Assembly (NCBI RefSeq): GCF_036365525.1
Contig: NC_090378.1
Location: 119,211,593 to 119,275,592 of the forward strand
DNA length: 64,000 bases
Source: Heterodontus francisci
Taxonomy: Eukaryota
Direction of reading: 5' to 3'
Shown: positions 1 through 13,196 of the stretch, one piece after another
Layout of the letters: every line of letters starts with the position of its first letter
Numbering within the stretch: the stretch's first letter is position 1
Translations under genes and position numbers: made by a program
Notes under the pieces: model-generated
Told to the model about the DNA's origin: nothing
The model's database searches: none
What the model saw: the letters and a program-made list of their open reading frames with translations, nothing else

Positions 1-3000
1 TACATGACACTTCACAATCCAGTCTGTGTACTCAGGTACATCACACTTCACAATCCAGTCTGTGTACTCAGGTACATCAGACTTCACAATGAAGTCTGCG
101 TACTCAGGTATATAACACTTCACAAACCAGACTGTGTACTCAGCTACATCACACTTCGCAATCCAGTCTGTGTACACAGATACATCACACTTCACAATCC
201 AGTCTGTGTACTCAGGTACATCACACTTCGCAATGCAGTCTGTGTACACAGGTACATCACTCTTCACAATCCGGGCTATGTACTCAGGTACATCACACTT
301 CACAATCCAGTCTGTGTACTCAGGTACATCACACTTCACAATCCGGTCTGTGTACTCAGGTACATCACACTTCACAATCCAGTCTGTGTACTCAGGTACG
401 TCACTCTTCACAATCTGGGCTGTGTACTCAGGTACATCACACTTCACAATCCAGTCTGTGTGCTCAGGTACATTACACTTCACAATCCAGTCTGTGTACT
501 CAGGTACATCACACTTCACAATCCAGTCTGTGTACTCAGGTACATCACACTTCACAATCCGGTCTGTGTGCTCAGGTACATTACACTTCACAATCCAGTC
601 TGTGTACTCGGGTACATCACACTTCACAATCCAGTCTGTGTATTCAGGTACATCACACTTCACAATCCAGTCTGTATACTCAGGTACATCACACTTCACA
701 ATCCAGTCTGTGTACTCAGGTACATCACACTTCACAGTCCAGTCTGTGTACTCAGATACATCACACTTCACAATCCAGTCTGTGTACACAGGTACATCAC
801 ACTTCACAAACCAGACTGTGTACTCAGGTACATCACACTTCACAATCCAATCTGTGCACTCAGATACATCACACTTCACAATCCGGTCTGTGTACTCAGG
901 TACATCACACTTCACAATCCATTCTGTGTACTCAGGTACATCACACTTCACAATCCAGTCTGTGTACTCAGGTACATCACACTTCACAATTCTGTCTGAG
1001 TACTCAGGTACATCACGCTTCACGAATCCAGTCTGTGTACTCAGGTACATCACACTTCACAATTCTGTCTGAGTACTCAGGTACATCATTCTTCACAATC
1101 CAGTCTGTGTACTCAGATACATCACACTTCACAATCCAGTCTGTATACTCAGGTACATCACACTTCACAATCCAGTCTGTGTACTCAGGTACATCACACT
1201 TCACAGTCCAGAATGTGTACTCAGATACATCACACTTCACAATCCAGTCTGTGTACACAGGTACATCACACTTCACAAACCAGTCTGTGTACTCAGGTAC
1301 ATCACACTTCACAATCCATTCTGTGTACTCAGGTACATCACACTTCACAATCCTATCTTTGTACTCAGGTACATCACACTTCGCAATCCATTCTGTGTAC
1401 TCAGGTACATCACACTTCACAATCCATTCTGTGTACTCAGGTGCATCACACTTCACAATCCATTCTGTGTACTCAGATACATCACACTTCACAATCCATT
1501 CTGTGTACTCAGGTACATCACACTTCACAATCCAGACTGTGTACTCAGGTACATCACACTTCACAATCCATTCTGTGTACTCAGATACATCACACTAAAA
1601 CAATCCGGTCTGTGTACTCAGGTACATCACACTTCACAATCCAGTCTGTGTACTCAGGTACATCACACTTCACAATCCAGGCTGTGTACTCAGGAACATC
1701 ACACTTCACAATCTAGTCTGTGTACTCAGGTATATCACACTTCTCAATCCAGTCAGTGTACTCAGGAACATCACACTTCTCAATCCGGTCTGTGTACTCA
1801 GGTGCATCACACTTCACAATCCTGTCTGTGTACTCAGGAACATCACACTTCAAAATCCAGTCTGTGTACTCAGGTACATCACACTTCACAATTCAGTCTG
1901 TGTACTCAGGTACACCACACTTCTCAATCCAGTCAGTGTACTCAGGAACATCACACTTCTCAATCCGGTCTGTGTACTCAGGTATATAACACTTCACAAA
2001 CCAGACTGTGTACTCAGGTACATCACACTTCGCAATCCAGTCTGTGTACACAGATACATCACACTTCACAATCCAGTCTGTGTACTCAGGTACATCACAC
2101 TTCGTAATGCAGTCTGTGTACACAGGTACATCACTCTTCACAATCCGGGCTATGTACTCAGGTACATCACACTTCACAATCCAGTCTGTGTACCCAGGTA
2201 CATCACACTTCACAATCCGGTCTGTGTACTCAGGTACATCACACTTCACAATCCAGTCTGTGTACTCAGGTACATCACACTTCACAATTCTGTCTGTGTA
2301 CTCAGGTACATCACACTTCACAATCCAGTCTGTGTACTCAAATACATCACACTTCACAATCCAGTCTGTATACTCAGGTACATCACACTTCACAATCCAG
2401 TCTGTGTACTCAGGTACATCACACTTCACAGTCCAGTCTGTGTACTCAGATCCATCACACTTCACAATCCAGTCTGTGTACACAGGTACATCACACTTCA
2501 CAAACCAGACTGTGTACTCAGGTATATCACACTTCACAATCCAATCTGTGTACTCAGATACATCACACTTCACAATCCGGTCTGTGTACTCAGGTACATC
2601 ACACTTCACAATCCATTCTGTGTACTCAGGTACATCACACTTCACAATCCAGTCTGTGTACTCGGGTACATCACGCTTCACAATCCAGTCTGTGTACTCA
2701 GGTACATCACACTTCACAATTCTGTCTGAGTACTCAGGTACATCACTCTTCACAATCCAGTCTGTGTACTCAGATACATCACACTTCACAATCCAGTCAG
2801 TATACTCAGGTACATCACACTTCACAATCCAGTCTGTGTACTCAGGTACATCACACTTCACAGTCCAGACTGTGTACTCAGATACATCACACTTCACAAT
2901 CCAGTCAGTGTACACAGGTACATCACACTTCACAAACCAGACTGTGTACTCAGGTACATCACACTTCACAATCCATTCTGTGTACTCAGGTACATCACAC

Positions 3001-3661
3001 TTCACAATGCATTCTGTGTACTCAGATACATCACACTTCACAGTCCAGTCTGTGTACTCAGGTACATCACACTTCACAATCCAATCTTTGTACTCAGATA
3101 CATCACACTAAAACAATCCGGTCTGTGTACTCAGGTACATCACACTTCACAATCCAGTCTGTGTACTCAGGTACATCACACTTCACAATCCAGGCTGTGT
3201 ACTCAGGAACATCACACTTCACAATCTAGTCTGTGTACTCAGGTATATCACACTTCACAATCCAGTCTGTGTACTCAGGAACATCACACTTCAAAATCCA
3301 GTCTGTGTACTCAGGTACATCACACTTCACAATTCAGTCTGTGTACTCAGGTACATCACACTTCTCAATCCAGTCAGTGTACTCAGGAACATCACACTTC
3401 TCAATCCGGTCTGTGTACTCAGGTACATCACACTTCACAATCCAGTCTGTGTACTCAGGTACATCACACTTCACAATCCAGTCTGTGTACTCAGGTACAT
3501 CACACTTCACAATCCAGTCTGTGTACTCAGGAACATCACACTTCACAGTCCAGTCTGTGTGCTCAGGTACATCACACTTCACAGTCCTGTCTGTGTACTC
3601 AGGTAGATCACACTTCACAATCCAGTCGGTGTACTCAGGAACATCACACTTCACAATCCAG
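1..3661. repeat. 36-bp minisatellite array (TACATCACACTTCACAATCCAGTCTGTGTACTCAGG)n, ~100 copies, runs off the window start
   Basis: Direct tandem repetition; ORFs show a 12-aa period (YITLHNPVCVLR). Confidence 0.98.
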
Positions 3662-4141
3662 TATGAATACAACATGCAGTGTTTCACTCACAAGTCTTAT
3701 CCTAATTCTACTTTATCTACATCTACATTCCATTCATACTGCCACTGAATCAGAGCACATCAAAGATACATAAAAGTGATATCAGAATAACCACATGGAG
3801 CCAGCAAAGGCTCTTTATTCCTCTCTATCCCTTCAAATCATCCTGTTTCAATGGTTATATTGCCCTCTGAAGCTCCATGATTATATTGCTGTTACAAATT
3901 CCTCTGATGATTTGATTAATATAAACACAAGTGAGCACATTAACATTTCCAGAGTATCAGAGACATGGATGAGTGAATTGCAGTACAAGTAGAGGCCACC
4001 CCAATGTCTGAGTGCTCCAGTGGAAGCTCAGACTGTGGTATTGTAATCTGAGCTTGCTGCCACACAGGCTCTGACTGCTGCCATCATGGCTGTGGATGCC
4101 AGTGCTCAAAGGGGCTTGCAGGCTCACACAGCAGCCCAGCA

Positions 4142-7100
4142 CCAAGTCCAGCTTGATGGAGTACTGCTTCAACAGATACCAAACTCGGAGAATTGGGGAT
4201 TGAGAGAATTCAGTGCAATGACTGAAGAGATTCTGTTCTGATCTTTTGCAAAACACGGAGCAGTCTGAGTGATGAAGCGGGAGACAGCGAGACCTGGTGA
4301 TCAGCTCTAAGTGTTTCTAGATACTAGTCTAGAAAGTAAAACATGGCAGGGAACCTCAGCCCCGTGGAATACACATCCTGTGTCATGTGGGAAATCCTGG
4401 ACACTTCTCATGACCTGGATGACCACATGTACAGGAAGTGTCACCGGTTACAGCAGCTCATGCTCTGGGTTTCGGAGTTTGAGCAGTGACTGGAGTCACC
4501 ATGCAGCATCCACGAGGCTGAGAGCTTTCTGGAGGTGGTCACCCTGCAGTTTAAAAATGTGCTGGCAGAGGGGGAATGGGTGAGGGCCAGAAGAACAAGG
4601 AGGACCAGGCATGCAGGACAGTGATCCCATGAGTGCGTCTCAATCTCTAACTGGTATTCAGTTCTGAATACTGGTCAGAGTGATGGTTCCACTGGGGTGT
4701 GCAGGCAGAGCCAAGTCCACAGCACCATGGGTGTCTCAGCTGTACAGGGAGGGAGGAAGAAGAGTTGAAGAGCAATAGTGGGAGGGACTTCGATAGTGAG
4801 GAGAATAGACAGGTGCTTCTGTGACTACAGAGGTGTTACCATGATGGTATGTTGCCTCCCTGGTGCCAGGGACAAGGATATCACTGAGAGTCAGCAGGAC
4901 ATTCTGACAGGGGAGAGTGAACAGCCAGAGGTCGTGGTCCATATTGGCACCAATGACAGAGGCAGAAGGAGGGATGAGGTCCTGATGCAGAATTTAGGCA
5001 GCTAGGAGGGAGATTGAAAAGCAGAACCTCCAAAGTATTAATCTCCAGATTACTCCCAGTGCCACGCGTTAGTGAGTACAGAAATAGGAAGATAGAGCTG
5101 ATGAATACATAGAGCTGGAGATATTATGCAGGAGGGAGGGCTTTAGATTCCTGAGGCTTTGGGACTGCTTCTGGAGGAGGTGGGACCTGGACAAGACGGA
5201 CTGTTTGCAAATCAACAGGGCCGGGACCAATATCCTCGCAGTGAGTTTTACTCGTGCTGTTGGGGAGAGTTTAAACTAGCTGAGCACAGGGATGGGAACC
5301 TGAGATTAGATTCAGAAGAGAGAGAAGTAAAGTTGGAAATGGAAGGCAGTAAATTAGTCAGCGTGTTTGGAAGGCAGAGAAAACGAAGGTTAGAAAATAA
5401 ACAAGGGAGTTTGACAAAGCTAAATAATATATACTTCAATACAAGTTGAGGAAATAAGGCAGATGAGCTGAGAGCACAGATTGACAACATGGCACTATGA
5501 TATTATAGCTATTACTGAGACATGGCTGAAAGAAGGGCAGGAATGGCAGCTCAACATTCCTAATTACAGGGTTTTCAGACGAGACAGAGATGGGGATATC
5601 TCAGGAGGGGGTGAGTTGCAATATTGATTAAAGAAACAATTATAGCTGTGAGGAGAGAAGATAAGGTGGAAGGATAAACAAATGTTGCCATATGGGTTGA
5701 ACTGAAGAACAAAACAGGGGCAATCACACTACTGGGAGTGTGCTATAGACCCTGAAACTGTTAGAAGGAGAGAGAAGAGCAAATATGTGGACAAATTTCA
5801 GAACTGCAAAAACAATTAAACAATAATAGTGGGGGATTTCAACTGCCCCAATATTAACTGGGGTAGAGTTTATGTGAAAGACTCAGTGGTCACAGAATTC
5901 TTCAAATGCATTGAGGAGAACATTGTTATCCAGTATGTATCAAGTCCAAAAAGAGGGATTGCGAGACTGGACATAATTTTAGGGAATGAAGCTGGGCAGG
6001 TGGAAGGGGGATCGGACGGGGTGCACTTTGATGGAAGTGATCATAATTCAGTTTGATTTAGGATAGTTATGGAAAAGGACAAAGACAAACCAGGAATAAA
6101 AGTTCTCAATTGGGGAAAAGCTAATTTTACTAAGCTGAAATGTGATTTAGCTAAATGGGATTGGAAACAGTTACTTGAAAGTAAATCAGTGCTGGATCAG
6201 TGGGAGGCATTCAAGGAAGAGATAGTGAGGGTTCAGATCAAGTATGTTCCCTTAAAGAAAAAGGGTGGGACTAACAAATCCAGAGTCTTGTGGATGTCAA
6301 GGGGCTGAAAGGAGAGGATAAAGTAAAACAGGAAGATTAATGACAGATACCAAGGCAGAAAATCGAGAGGAGTATAAAAAGTGTAGGGGTGAAATTAAAA
6401 AGGAAATTAGGAAAGCAAAGAAAGGGCATGAAAAAAATTGGCAAGTCAAATAAAATCAAGAAAACTAAAGGTTGTTTTATAAATACGGAAAGGCAGGATT
6501 ATAATGAAAGAAAGAGTAGAGCCTATTTGGGTCCACCAGGGTAACCTGTGGATGAAGGAGGAGGATTCGCATTTGTTTTCACTAAAGAGAGGGATGATAC
6601 AGAAATTGCAATCAGGGAGGAGGAGTGTGCAATGTTAGATAAAACTAATATAATGAGATGAGATATTAAGGGATTTAACATGTTTGAAAGTGGTTAAATC
6701 ACCAAGCCCAGATGAAATGCATCCTAGGCTGTTAAATGAAGCAAGAGAAGAAACAGCAGAGGCTCTGACCATCATTTTCCAATATTCTCTGTCTACAGGT
6801 GTGGTGCCAGAGGACTGGAGGACAGTTCACATTGTACCATTGTTTAAAACGGGAGAAAGGAATAGACCGAGTAATTATAGGCCAGTCAGCCTACCTCCAG
6901 TGGTGGGAAAAATATTGGAAAAAGCTCTGAGGGACAGGATAAATATTCATTTAGACAGACATGGATTAGTCAAAGATATTCAGCATGGATTTGTTAAGGG
7001 AAGGTTGTGTCTGACTAACGTGATTGAATTTTTTGAAGAGGAAACAAGGAGGGTCGATGAGGGTAGTGCATTTGATGTAGTCTCTATGGATGATACCTAG

Positions 7101-8710
7101 GTTTATGATAAAGACCCAGATGACAGACTGGTCATGAAAGAAAAAGCCCAGGGGACCAAGGCAAAGTGACAAGATGGATTCAAAATTGGCTCAGAGGCAG
7201 GAAACAAAGGATTGATGGGTGTTTTTGTGACTGGAAGACTTTCCAAATGGGTTCTGCAAGGTTCAGTACCAGGTCTCTTGCTTTTTGCAGGATATGTCAA
7301 TGATTTGGACTTCAATGTAAAGGCCTGTGACCCGACCGGGACCCGACGGGACCCGACGACATGTGTTGGGTTCAGGTCGGGTTGGGCCCCTCTTCCAGGT
7401 CCGGCTTTCGGGCTCAGGTCGGGCTGGGTTCGGGTCCAGGTCCGGGTCAGGCTGGACACAGGCGGTTATTGCTCTTCTGGTCAGTATTAAAATTAAATAA
7501 AACTTACCTGAGCTGGGAGACCGGGACGTCAAGCAGCGAAACTGAGTGTGCGCAGTGAATGAGTGACATCTCTATGATGCCATCACACACATGCTGTAGC
7601 TTCCTGGAGGTTCCGAGTCGGAAGGTAAGGAAAGGGATGGTCGATTCGGGCTCGGGTCGGGTCGGGCTTGGGGCAAAATCGGAGGGACTCGGGCCAGGTC
7701 GGGCTCGGGTCCACTGTGGTTCGGTCTGGTTTGAGTTGGGTTCTTTTTCCCCGACCTGAGCAGGCCTTTACTTCAATGTAACGGGTATGAATAAGAAATT
7801 TGCAGACAATACAAACATTGTCCGTGTGGTTGTTAATAAATAAGAAAGCTGTAGACTGCAGGAAAATATCATTGGACGAGTCAGGTGGGCAGAGCAGTGG
7901 CAAATGGAGTTCAATCCGGAGAAGTGTGAGGTAATGCATTTGGGGAAGGCTGACAAGGCAAAGGAATACACAATAAATTGTAGGTTACTGAGAAATGTAG
8001 AGGAACAGAGGGACCTTGGAATGCACGTTCACAGATCCCTGAAAGTGGCTGGACAGGTAGATATGGTGGTCAAGAAGGCACATGGGATACTTGTCTTCAT
8101 TAACTGAGACATGAAATATAAGAACTGGGAGGTTATACTGGAACTGTATAAAACACTAGTTAGTCCACAGCTGGAGTACTGTGTGCAGTTCTGGTCACCG
8201 CACACCGCAGGAAAGATGGGATTGCACTGGAGAGGATACAAAGGAGATTTACAAGGATGTTGCTGGGACCGGAGAATTTTAGTTACGAGGGAAGATATGA
8301 TCGGCTGGGGTTGTTTTCTTTGGAACAGAGAGGGCTGAGGAGAGACCTAAGTGAAGTTTATAAAATTATGAGGGGTCTCGACAGAGTGGATAGGAAGGAT
8401 CTATTCCCCTTGGCTGAAGGGTCCATAACCAGAGGCATAGATTTAGGGTCAGATGTAGGAGGTTTAGAGGTGATTCAGGGGGACATTTTAACCCAGAGGG
8501 TGGTGGGGATCTGGAACTCACTACCTGAAAGGATGGTAGAGGCAGAAACCCTCGTAACATTTAAAAAGTTCTTGGATATGGACTTGAAGTGATAAAGACT
8601 ATGGACCAAGAGCTGGAAAGTGGGATTAGGCTGGATGGCTCCTTGTCGGATAGTGTGGACACAATGGGCTGAATGGCCTCCTTCTGTGCTGTAAATTATA
8701 TGATTTCTGT
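4142..8710 (+). mobile_element. Near full-length degraded CR1 LINE (ORF1 SGNH-esterase-like, APE endonuclease, RT, 3' UTR)
   Basis: VCCLPGAR..VVVHIGTND (ORF1); GDFNCPNINW and SDHNSV (endonuclease); NYRPVSL, QHGFVKGRLCLTN, EYCVQFWSP (RT); typical GGCTGAATGGCCTCCTTCTG 3' end. Many stops and frameshifts. Confidence 0.93.
7318..7770. mobile_element. Non-autonomous hAT element (MITE, 453 bp) inserted in the CR1 RT
   Basis: TIRs TAAAGGCCTG...CAGGCCTTTA; perfect 8-bp TSD CTTCAATG (7310-7317 and 7771-7778); many CCCGA/TCGGG subterminal motifs. Confidence 0.92.
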
Positions 8711-9064
8711 AACTGTGCTCCAGCAGATTACTAGGATTGTGGCGGTGTCACCCGGGGCAGTGACAGTGGCTCCGTGGAGCACAAACCTGCTGTCCTCTCT
8801 CAGGATGAAAGTGTTTATATTCCCACCACTGTCACTCTCCAGTACCCCTGCTGTTGCCTGTTAGTCAGCCAGCTAAATACTGCCACCCATGCTGAGGTGC
8901 TGCAGTCTGAAGCCAGGCCTCCTCGGCCTAGAGCAGCTTGAGTACTTCCTGCAAGGCTATCTGCAGTCTCCCCCAGTGAAAGTCAGTAACCTTCCACCAG
9001 CCATGCTGTATCCACTGGGGTAGCACTGTGTAGGAGCACTAGAACAGGCAAAGGACCCACAAGA

Positions 9065-9325
9065 CAGGTCTAATGCAGGTGGGAGGTATACAGTAAATGG
9101 CAGAACCCTTATTACTATTGACAGGCAGAGAGATCTGGGCGTACAGGTCCACAGGTCACTGAAAGTGGCAACGCAGGTGGATAAGGTAGTCAAGAAGACA
9201 TACGGCATGCTTGCCTTCATCGGTCGGGGCATAGAGTATAAAAATTGGCAAGTCATGCTGCAGCTGCACAGAACCTTAGTTAGGCCACACTTAGAATATT
9301 GTGTGCAATTCTGGTCGCCACTCAA
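9065..9325 (+). mobile_element. CR1 RT C-terminal fragment
   Basis: QRDLGVQVHRSLKVATQVDKVVKK...EYCVQFWSP. Confidence 0.88.
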
Positions 9326-9569
9326 CAGCATAGATATCTGACTAGAGACTGCATCAGTGTTGATAAAGTGGCTTATCCAGCTACTTACACAGAATTACAA
9401 CAGTCTTTAGTGACCTTAATGTGTTGTCATCACCTCACCGAAAGTGAGTAGTACTTTTATACCCCTTAACCTTGCATCGATTCTCACTACTGAGTGAAAT
9501 CAAGGTAACATTTTAACAAATCTATTCTACATCCTGTCAAAGAGCAAATAATATCTAGCACAGCACAAG

Positions 9570-11090
9570 GAAGGGAAAACCCGAGTAATTACAGGCCAGT
9601 CAGCCTAACTGCAGTGGTGGGAAAATTATTGGAAACATTCTGATAGACCATATAAATCATCATTTAGAGAGGCACAGATTGATCCAGGACAGTGATCTTG
9701 GATTTGTTAAGGGAAGGTCATGTCTGATTAAGTTGATTGAATTTTTTGAGGAGGTTACAAGGAGCGTCAATGAGGGCAGCATGTTTGATGCAGTCTACAT
9801 GGAGTTTAGCAAGGCTTTTGATAAGGTTCCACATGGCAGACTGTTCAGAAAATTAAAAGCCCATGGGATCCGAGGGAAAGTGGGAAATTGGATCAGTGAC
9901 AGGAAGCAAAGGATTCTGGTTGGCAGGTGTTTTGTGACTGGAAGTTTCTTTCCAGTGGGTTCCACAGGTCTCAGTACTGGGTCCCTCACTATTTGTGTAT
10001 ATATCAGTGATTTAAACTTCAATGTCGGGGCATGATTAAAAAGATTGCAGATGATGCAAAGATTGTCCGTGTGGTGGATAGTGAGGAAGAAAGCTGTAGA
10101 CTGCAGGAAGATATCAATGGACTGGTCAGGTGAGCAGAAAAATGGCAAATGGAACTTAATCCAGAGAAATGAGAGGGAATGAATTTGGGCAGGACAAACC
10201 AGGCAAATGAATATACAATAAATGGAGGATTCTGAGAAGTGTAGAGGAATAGAGGGAACTTGGAGTTTATCTGCACAGCTCCCTGAAAGTAGCAGGACAG
10301 GTAGAAAAGGTGGTCAAAAAGGCATACGGAATACTTTCCATTATTAGCTGAGGCCTGGACTATAATAGCAAGGCGGTTATTCTAGAACTGTATAAAACAC
10401 TAGTTGGAACCATAGAAAGGTTACGGCACAGAAAGAGGCCATTCAGCCCATCGTGGCTGCGCTGGCTGAACAAACAAGCTGCCCATTCTAATCCCACCTT
10501 CCGGCACCTGGTCCATAACCTGGCAGGTTACAGCACTTCAGGTGCAGGTCCAGGTACCTTTTCAATGAGTTGAGGGTTTCTGCCTTCACCACCGATCCAG
10601 GCAGTGAATTCCAGATACCCACCACCCTCTGGGTGAAAATGTGTTTCCTCATGTCCTCTCTAATCCTTCCACCAATCACCTTAAATCAGTGGATCGTTAG
10701 ACCACAGCTAGAATACTGTGTACAGTTCTGGTCACCACATTACAGGAAGAATGTGATCACACAAGAGAGGGTACAGAGGAGATTTACAAGGATGTTACCA
10801 GGAATGGAGAATTTCAGCTATGAGGAAAGATTGGATTGGCTGGGGTTGTTATCTTTGAAACAGAGGAGGCTGAGGGGAGGTTTAATTGAGGTGTATAAAA
10901 TTATGAGGGGCCTAGATAGAGTGAATAGGAAGGACCTATTTCCCTCAGCAGAGAGGTCAATAACCAGGAGGCATAGACTTAAAGTAATTGGTGGAAGGAT
11001 TAGAGGTGAGTTGAGGAGTAATTCTTTCAGCCAGAGGGTGGTGGGGGTCTGGAACTCACTGCCTGAAAGGGTGGTAGAGGCAGAAACATT
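9570..11090 (+). mobile_element. Degraded CR1 RT region with a nested - strand CR1 3' fragment (~10410-10688)
   Basis: GFVKGRSCLIKLIEFFEEVT, FSKAFDKVPHGRL, QRVVGVWNSLPE; the nested fragment reads FTQRVVGIWNSLP on the - strand. Confidence 0.9.
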
Positions 11091-11179
11091 TCAGTGCTGA
11101 AATGGTTAATAGTAAGAGTAATTAAAGAGACCGTGTCCCTTTAAGACACAGTTAACCTGGCAGAAACTCTAACTATAGA

Positions 11180-12242
11180 ACATAGAACATAGAACATCGA
11201 ACATTACAGCGCAGTACAGGCCCTTCGGCCCTCGATGTTGCGCCGACCTGTGAAACCATCTGACCTACACTATTCCATTTTCATCCATATGTCTATCCAA
11301 TGACCACTTAAATGCCCTTAAAGTTGGCGAGTCTACTGCTGTTGCAGGCAGGGCGTTCCACGCCCCTACTACTCTCTGTGTAAAGAAACTACCTCTCACA
11401 TCTGTCCTAAATCTATCACCCCTCAACTTAAAGCTATGTCCCCTCATGTTTGCCATCACCATCCGAGGAAAAAGGCTCTCACTATCCACCCTGTCCAATC
11501 CTCTGATTATCTTATATGTCTCTATTAAGTCACCTCTTCTCCTCCTTCTCTCTAACGAAAACAACCTCAAGTCCCTCAGCCTTTCCTCCTAAGACCTTCC
11601 CTCCATACCAGGCAACATCCTAGTAAATCTCCTCTGCACCTTTTCCAAAGCTTCCACATCCTTCCTATAATGCGGTGACCAGAACTGCACGCAATACTCC
11701 AGGTGCGGCCGCACCAGAGTTCTGTTCAGCTGCATCATGACCTCGTGGCTCCGAAACTCGATCCCCCTACTAATAAAAGCTAACACACCATATGCCTTCT
11801 CAACAGCTCTATTAACCTGGGTGGCAACTTTCAGGGATTTATGTACCTGGACACCAAGATCTCTCTGCTCATCTACACTACCAAGAATCTTCCCATTAGC
11901 CCAGTACTCTGCATTGCTGTTACTCCTTCCAAAGTGAATCACCTCACACTTCTCCGCATTAAACTCCATTTGCCATCTCTCAGCCCAGCTCTGCAGCCTA
12001 TCTATGTCCCTCTGTACCCTACAACATCCTTCGGCACTATCCACAACTCCACCGACCTTCGTGTCATCCGCAAATTTACTAACCCACCCTTCTACACCCT
12101 CATCCAGGTCATTTATAAAAATGACAAACAGCAGTGGCCCCAAAACAGATCCTTGCGGTACACCACTAGAAACTATACTCCAGGATGAACATTTACCATC
12201 AACAACCACCCTCTGTCTTCTTTCAGCTTGCCAATTTCTGAT
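11180..12242 (-). mobile_element. 5'-truncated young CR1 (RT C-terminus plus (TTCTATG)n tail)
   Basis: SGVPQGSVLGPLLF, KFADDTK; tail reads (CATAGAA)n on +; probable TSD CTATAGA/CTATAAA. Confidence 0.93.
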
Positions 12243-12263
12243 CTATAAATCAGTCTATCTGGA

Positions 12264-13196
12264 TCCCTCCTCTATCTTAGACTCTAAAATACTGGTGGCT
12301 GTAAGTGTAAGATTGAGTGATGGTGTCTCTTTATCTTCCTTGTTTTCTGCCTCTTCCTCCCTGACTGGGAAGCTCCCAGTTTTCGGGTACCTGAAATGAA
12401 TATGGACAAGGATTGGGTTGTGGTGAGGGGAGAGGAGAAAGTAAGAAGTGCATGTTTACACCGTCTGCAGCTTGAGAGTCTGAAGAGATTGTGTGATGAG
12501 AGAAGGAGGATAAGGTATACAGACAACCTTATCATCGATCTCTCCAGCCCCACCAGTGTCCATAGCCTCAGCGATGCCCCTTCCCATATTGACCAGCACT
12601 GTCTCCTCCGTGAGGGTTAAAATCTGCAGACCTGCTTGTCCGCCTCCAGTTCCTTCTTGTTGCCTCTATTATGAACCACCTTCTCCTATAAGAAAGAGAG
12701 AAGTGTGAGAGTGAGTGTCCTGTAATATGTTTGATGTGGCTGTCATGGTTGAATAGCTGTGTGCTAGCTGTGAGTTGTTGGTACAAGGTTGGCAGTAATG
12801 CTAAGTGTGTGAGGGTGAGGTAAATCCTATGAATTGAAGGGTTGAATACTGATTTATAGAGACTGTTGGTGGCTGGGTGATGTGGGTTTGGTGAATTGAG
12901 CAATGGATGAGGTTAGTGATGCAGTTGGTAGGATCTGCCATTTGAAGATGCACTCAGTCACCTTGACAACTCGTGTCAGATCATTAAACTTCTTCCTGCA
13001 TTCTTGTTCTTGGAGCAACACTCCTGACATTGAGCTCTGCTATTACTTCTTCACACTGTCTCTTGATCATCTATCTGGAGGAGTTCCTGCCTCTCTGTGG
13101 ATACTGGATGTCTCTCCTTCTTTCCACTTCTTCCACCAAGACCTGTAACACATCATCAGAAAAGCTTGGTGCACGCTCTCTCACACGTTCAGCCAT
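12264..13196 (-). pseudogene. Intron-containing Myb/SANT-like (NAIF1-like) gene remnant of a PIF/Harbinger transposon; exons 13196-12962, 12685-12528, 12390-~12264
   Basis: Manual translation: MAERVRERAPSFSDDVLQVLVEEVERRRDIQYP...SVAPRTRMQ/RKKFNDLTRVVK | EKVVHNR/RTGGGQAGLQILTLTEETVL. GT-AG introns, one in-frame stop and frameshifts. Confidence 0.75.

Larger units (their letters stand above)
4005..8942 (+). mobile_element. Probable decayed C-terminal part of a Harbinger-type Myb/SANT accessory ORF (4005-4141 plus 8711-8942), split by a CR1 insertion
   Basis: The reading joins across the CR1: ...ELAATQALTAAIMAVDASAQRGLQAHTAAQ / TVLQQITRIV...PLLLPVSQPA...EVLQSEARPPRPRAA. The family assignment is from recollection only. 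Confidence 0.35.

Noticed and set aside
4-3748. Cys/His-periodic ORFs resembling zinc-binding repeats
   Set aside because: Translations of the 36-bp minisatellite.
9413-9530. J-like LTFGE on the - strand near a GTAAGT donor
   Set aside because: No FGxG in frame, stop codons follow, and the only RSS-like sequence is poor and misplaced.
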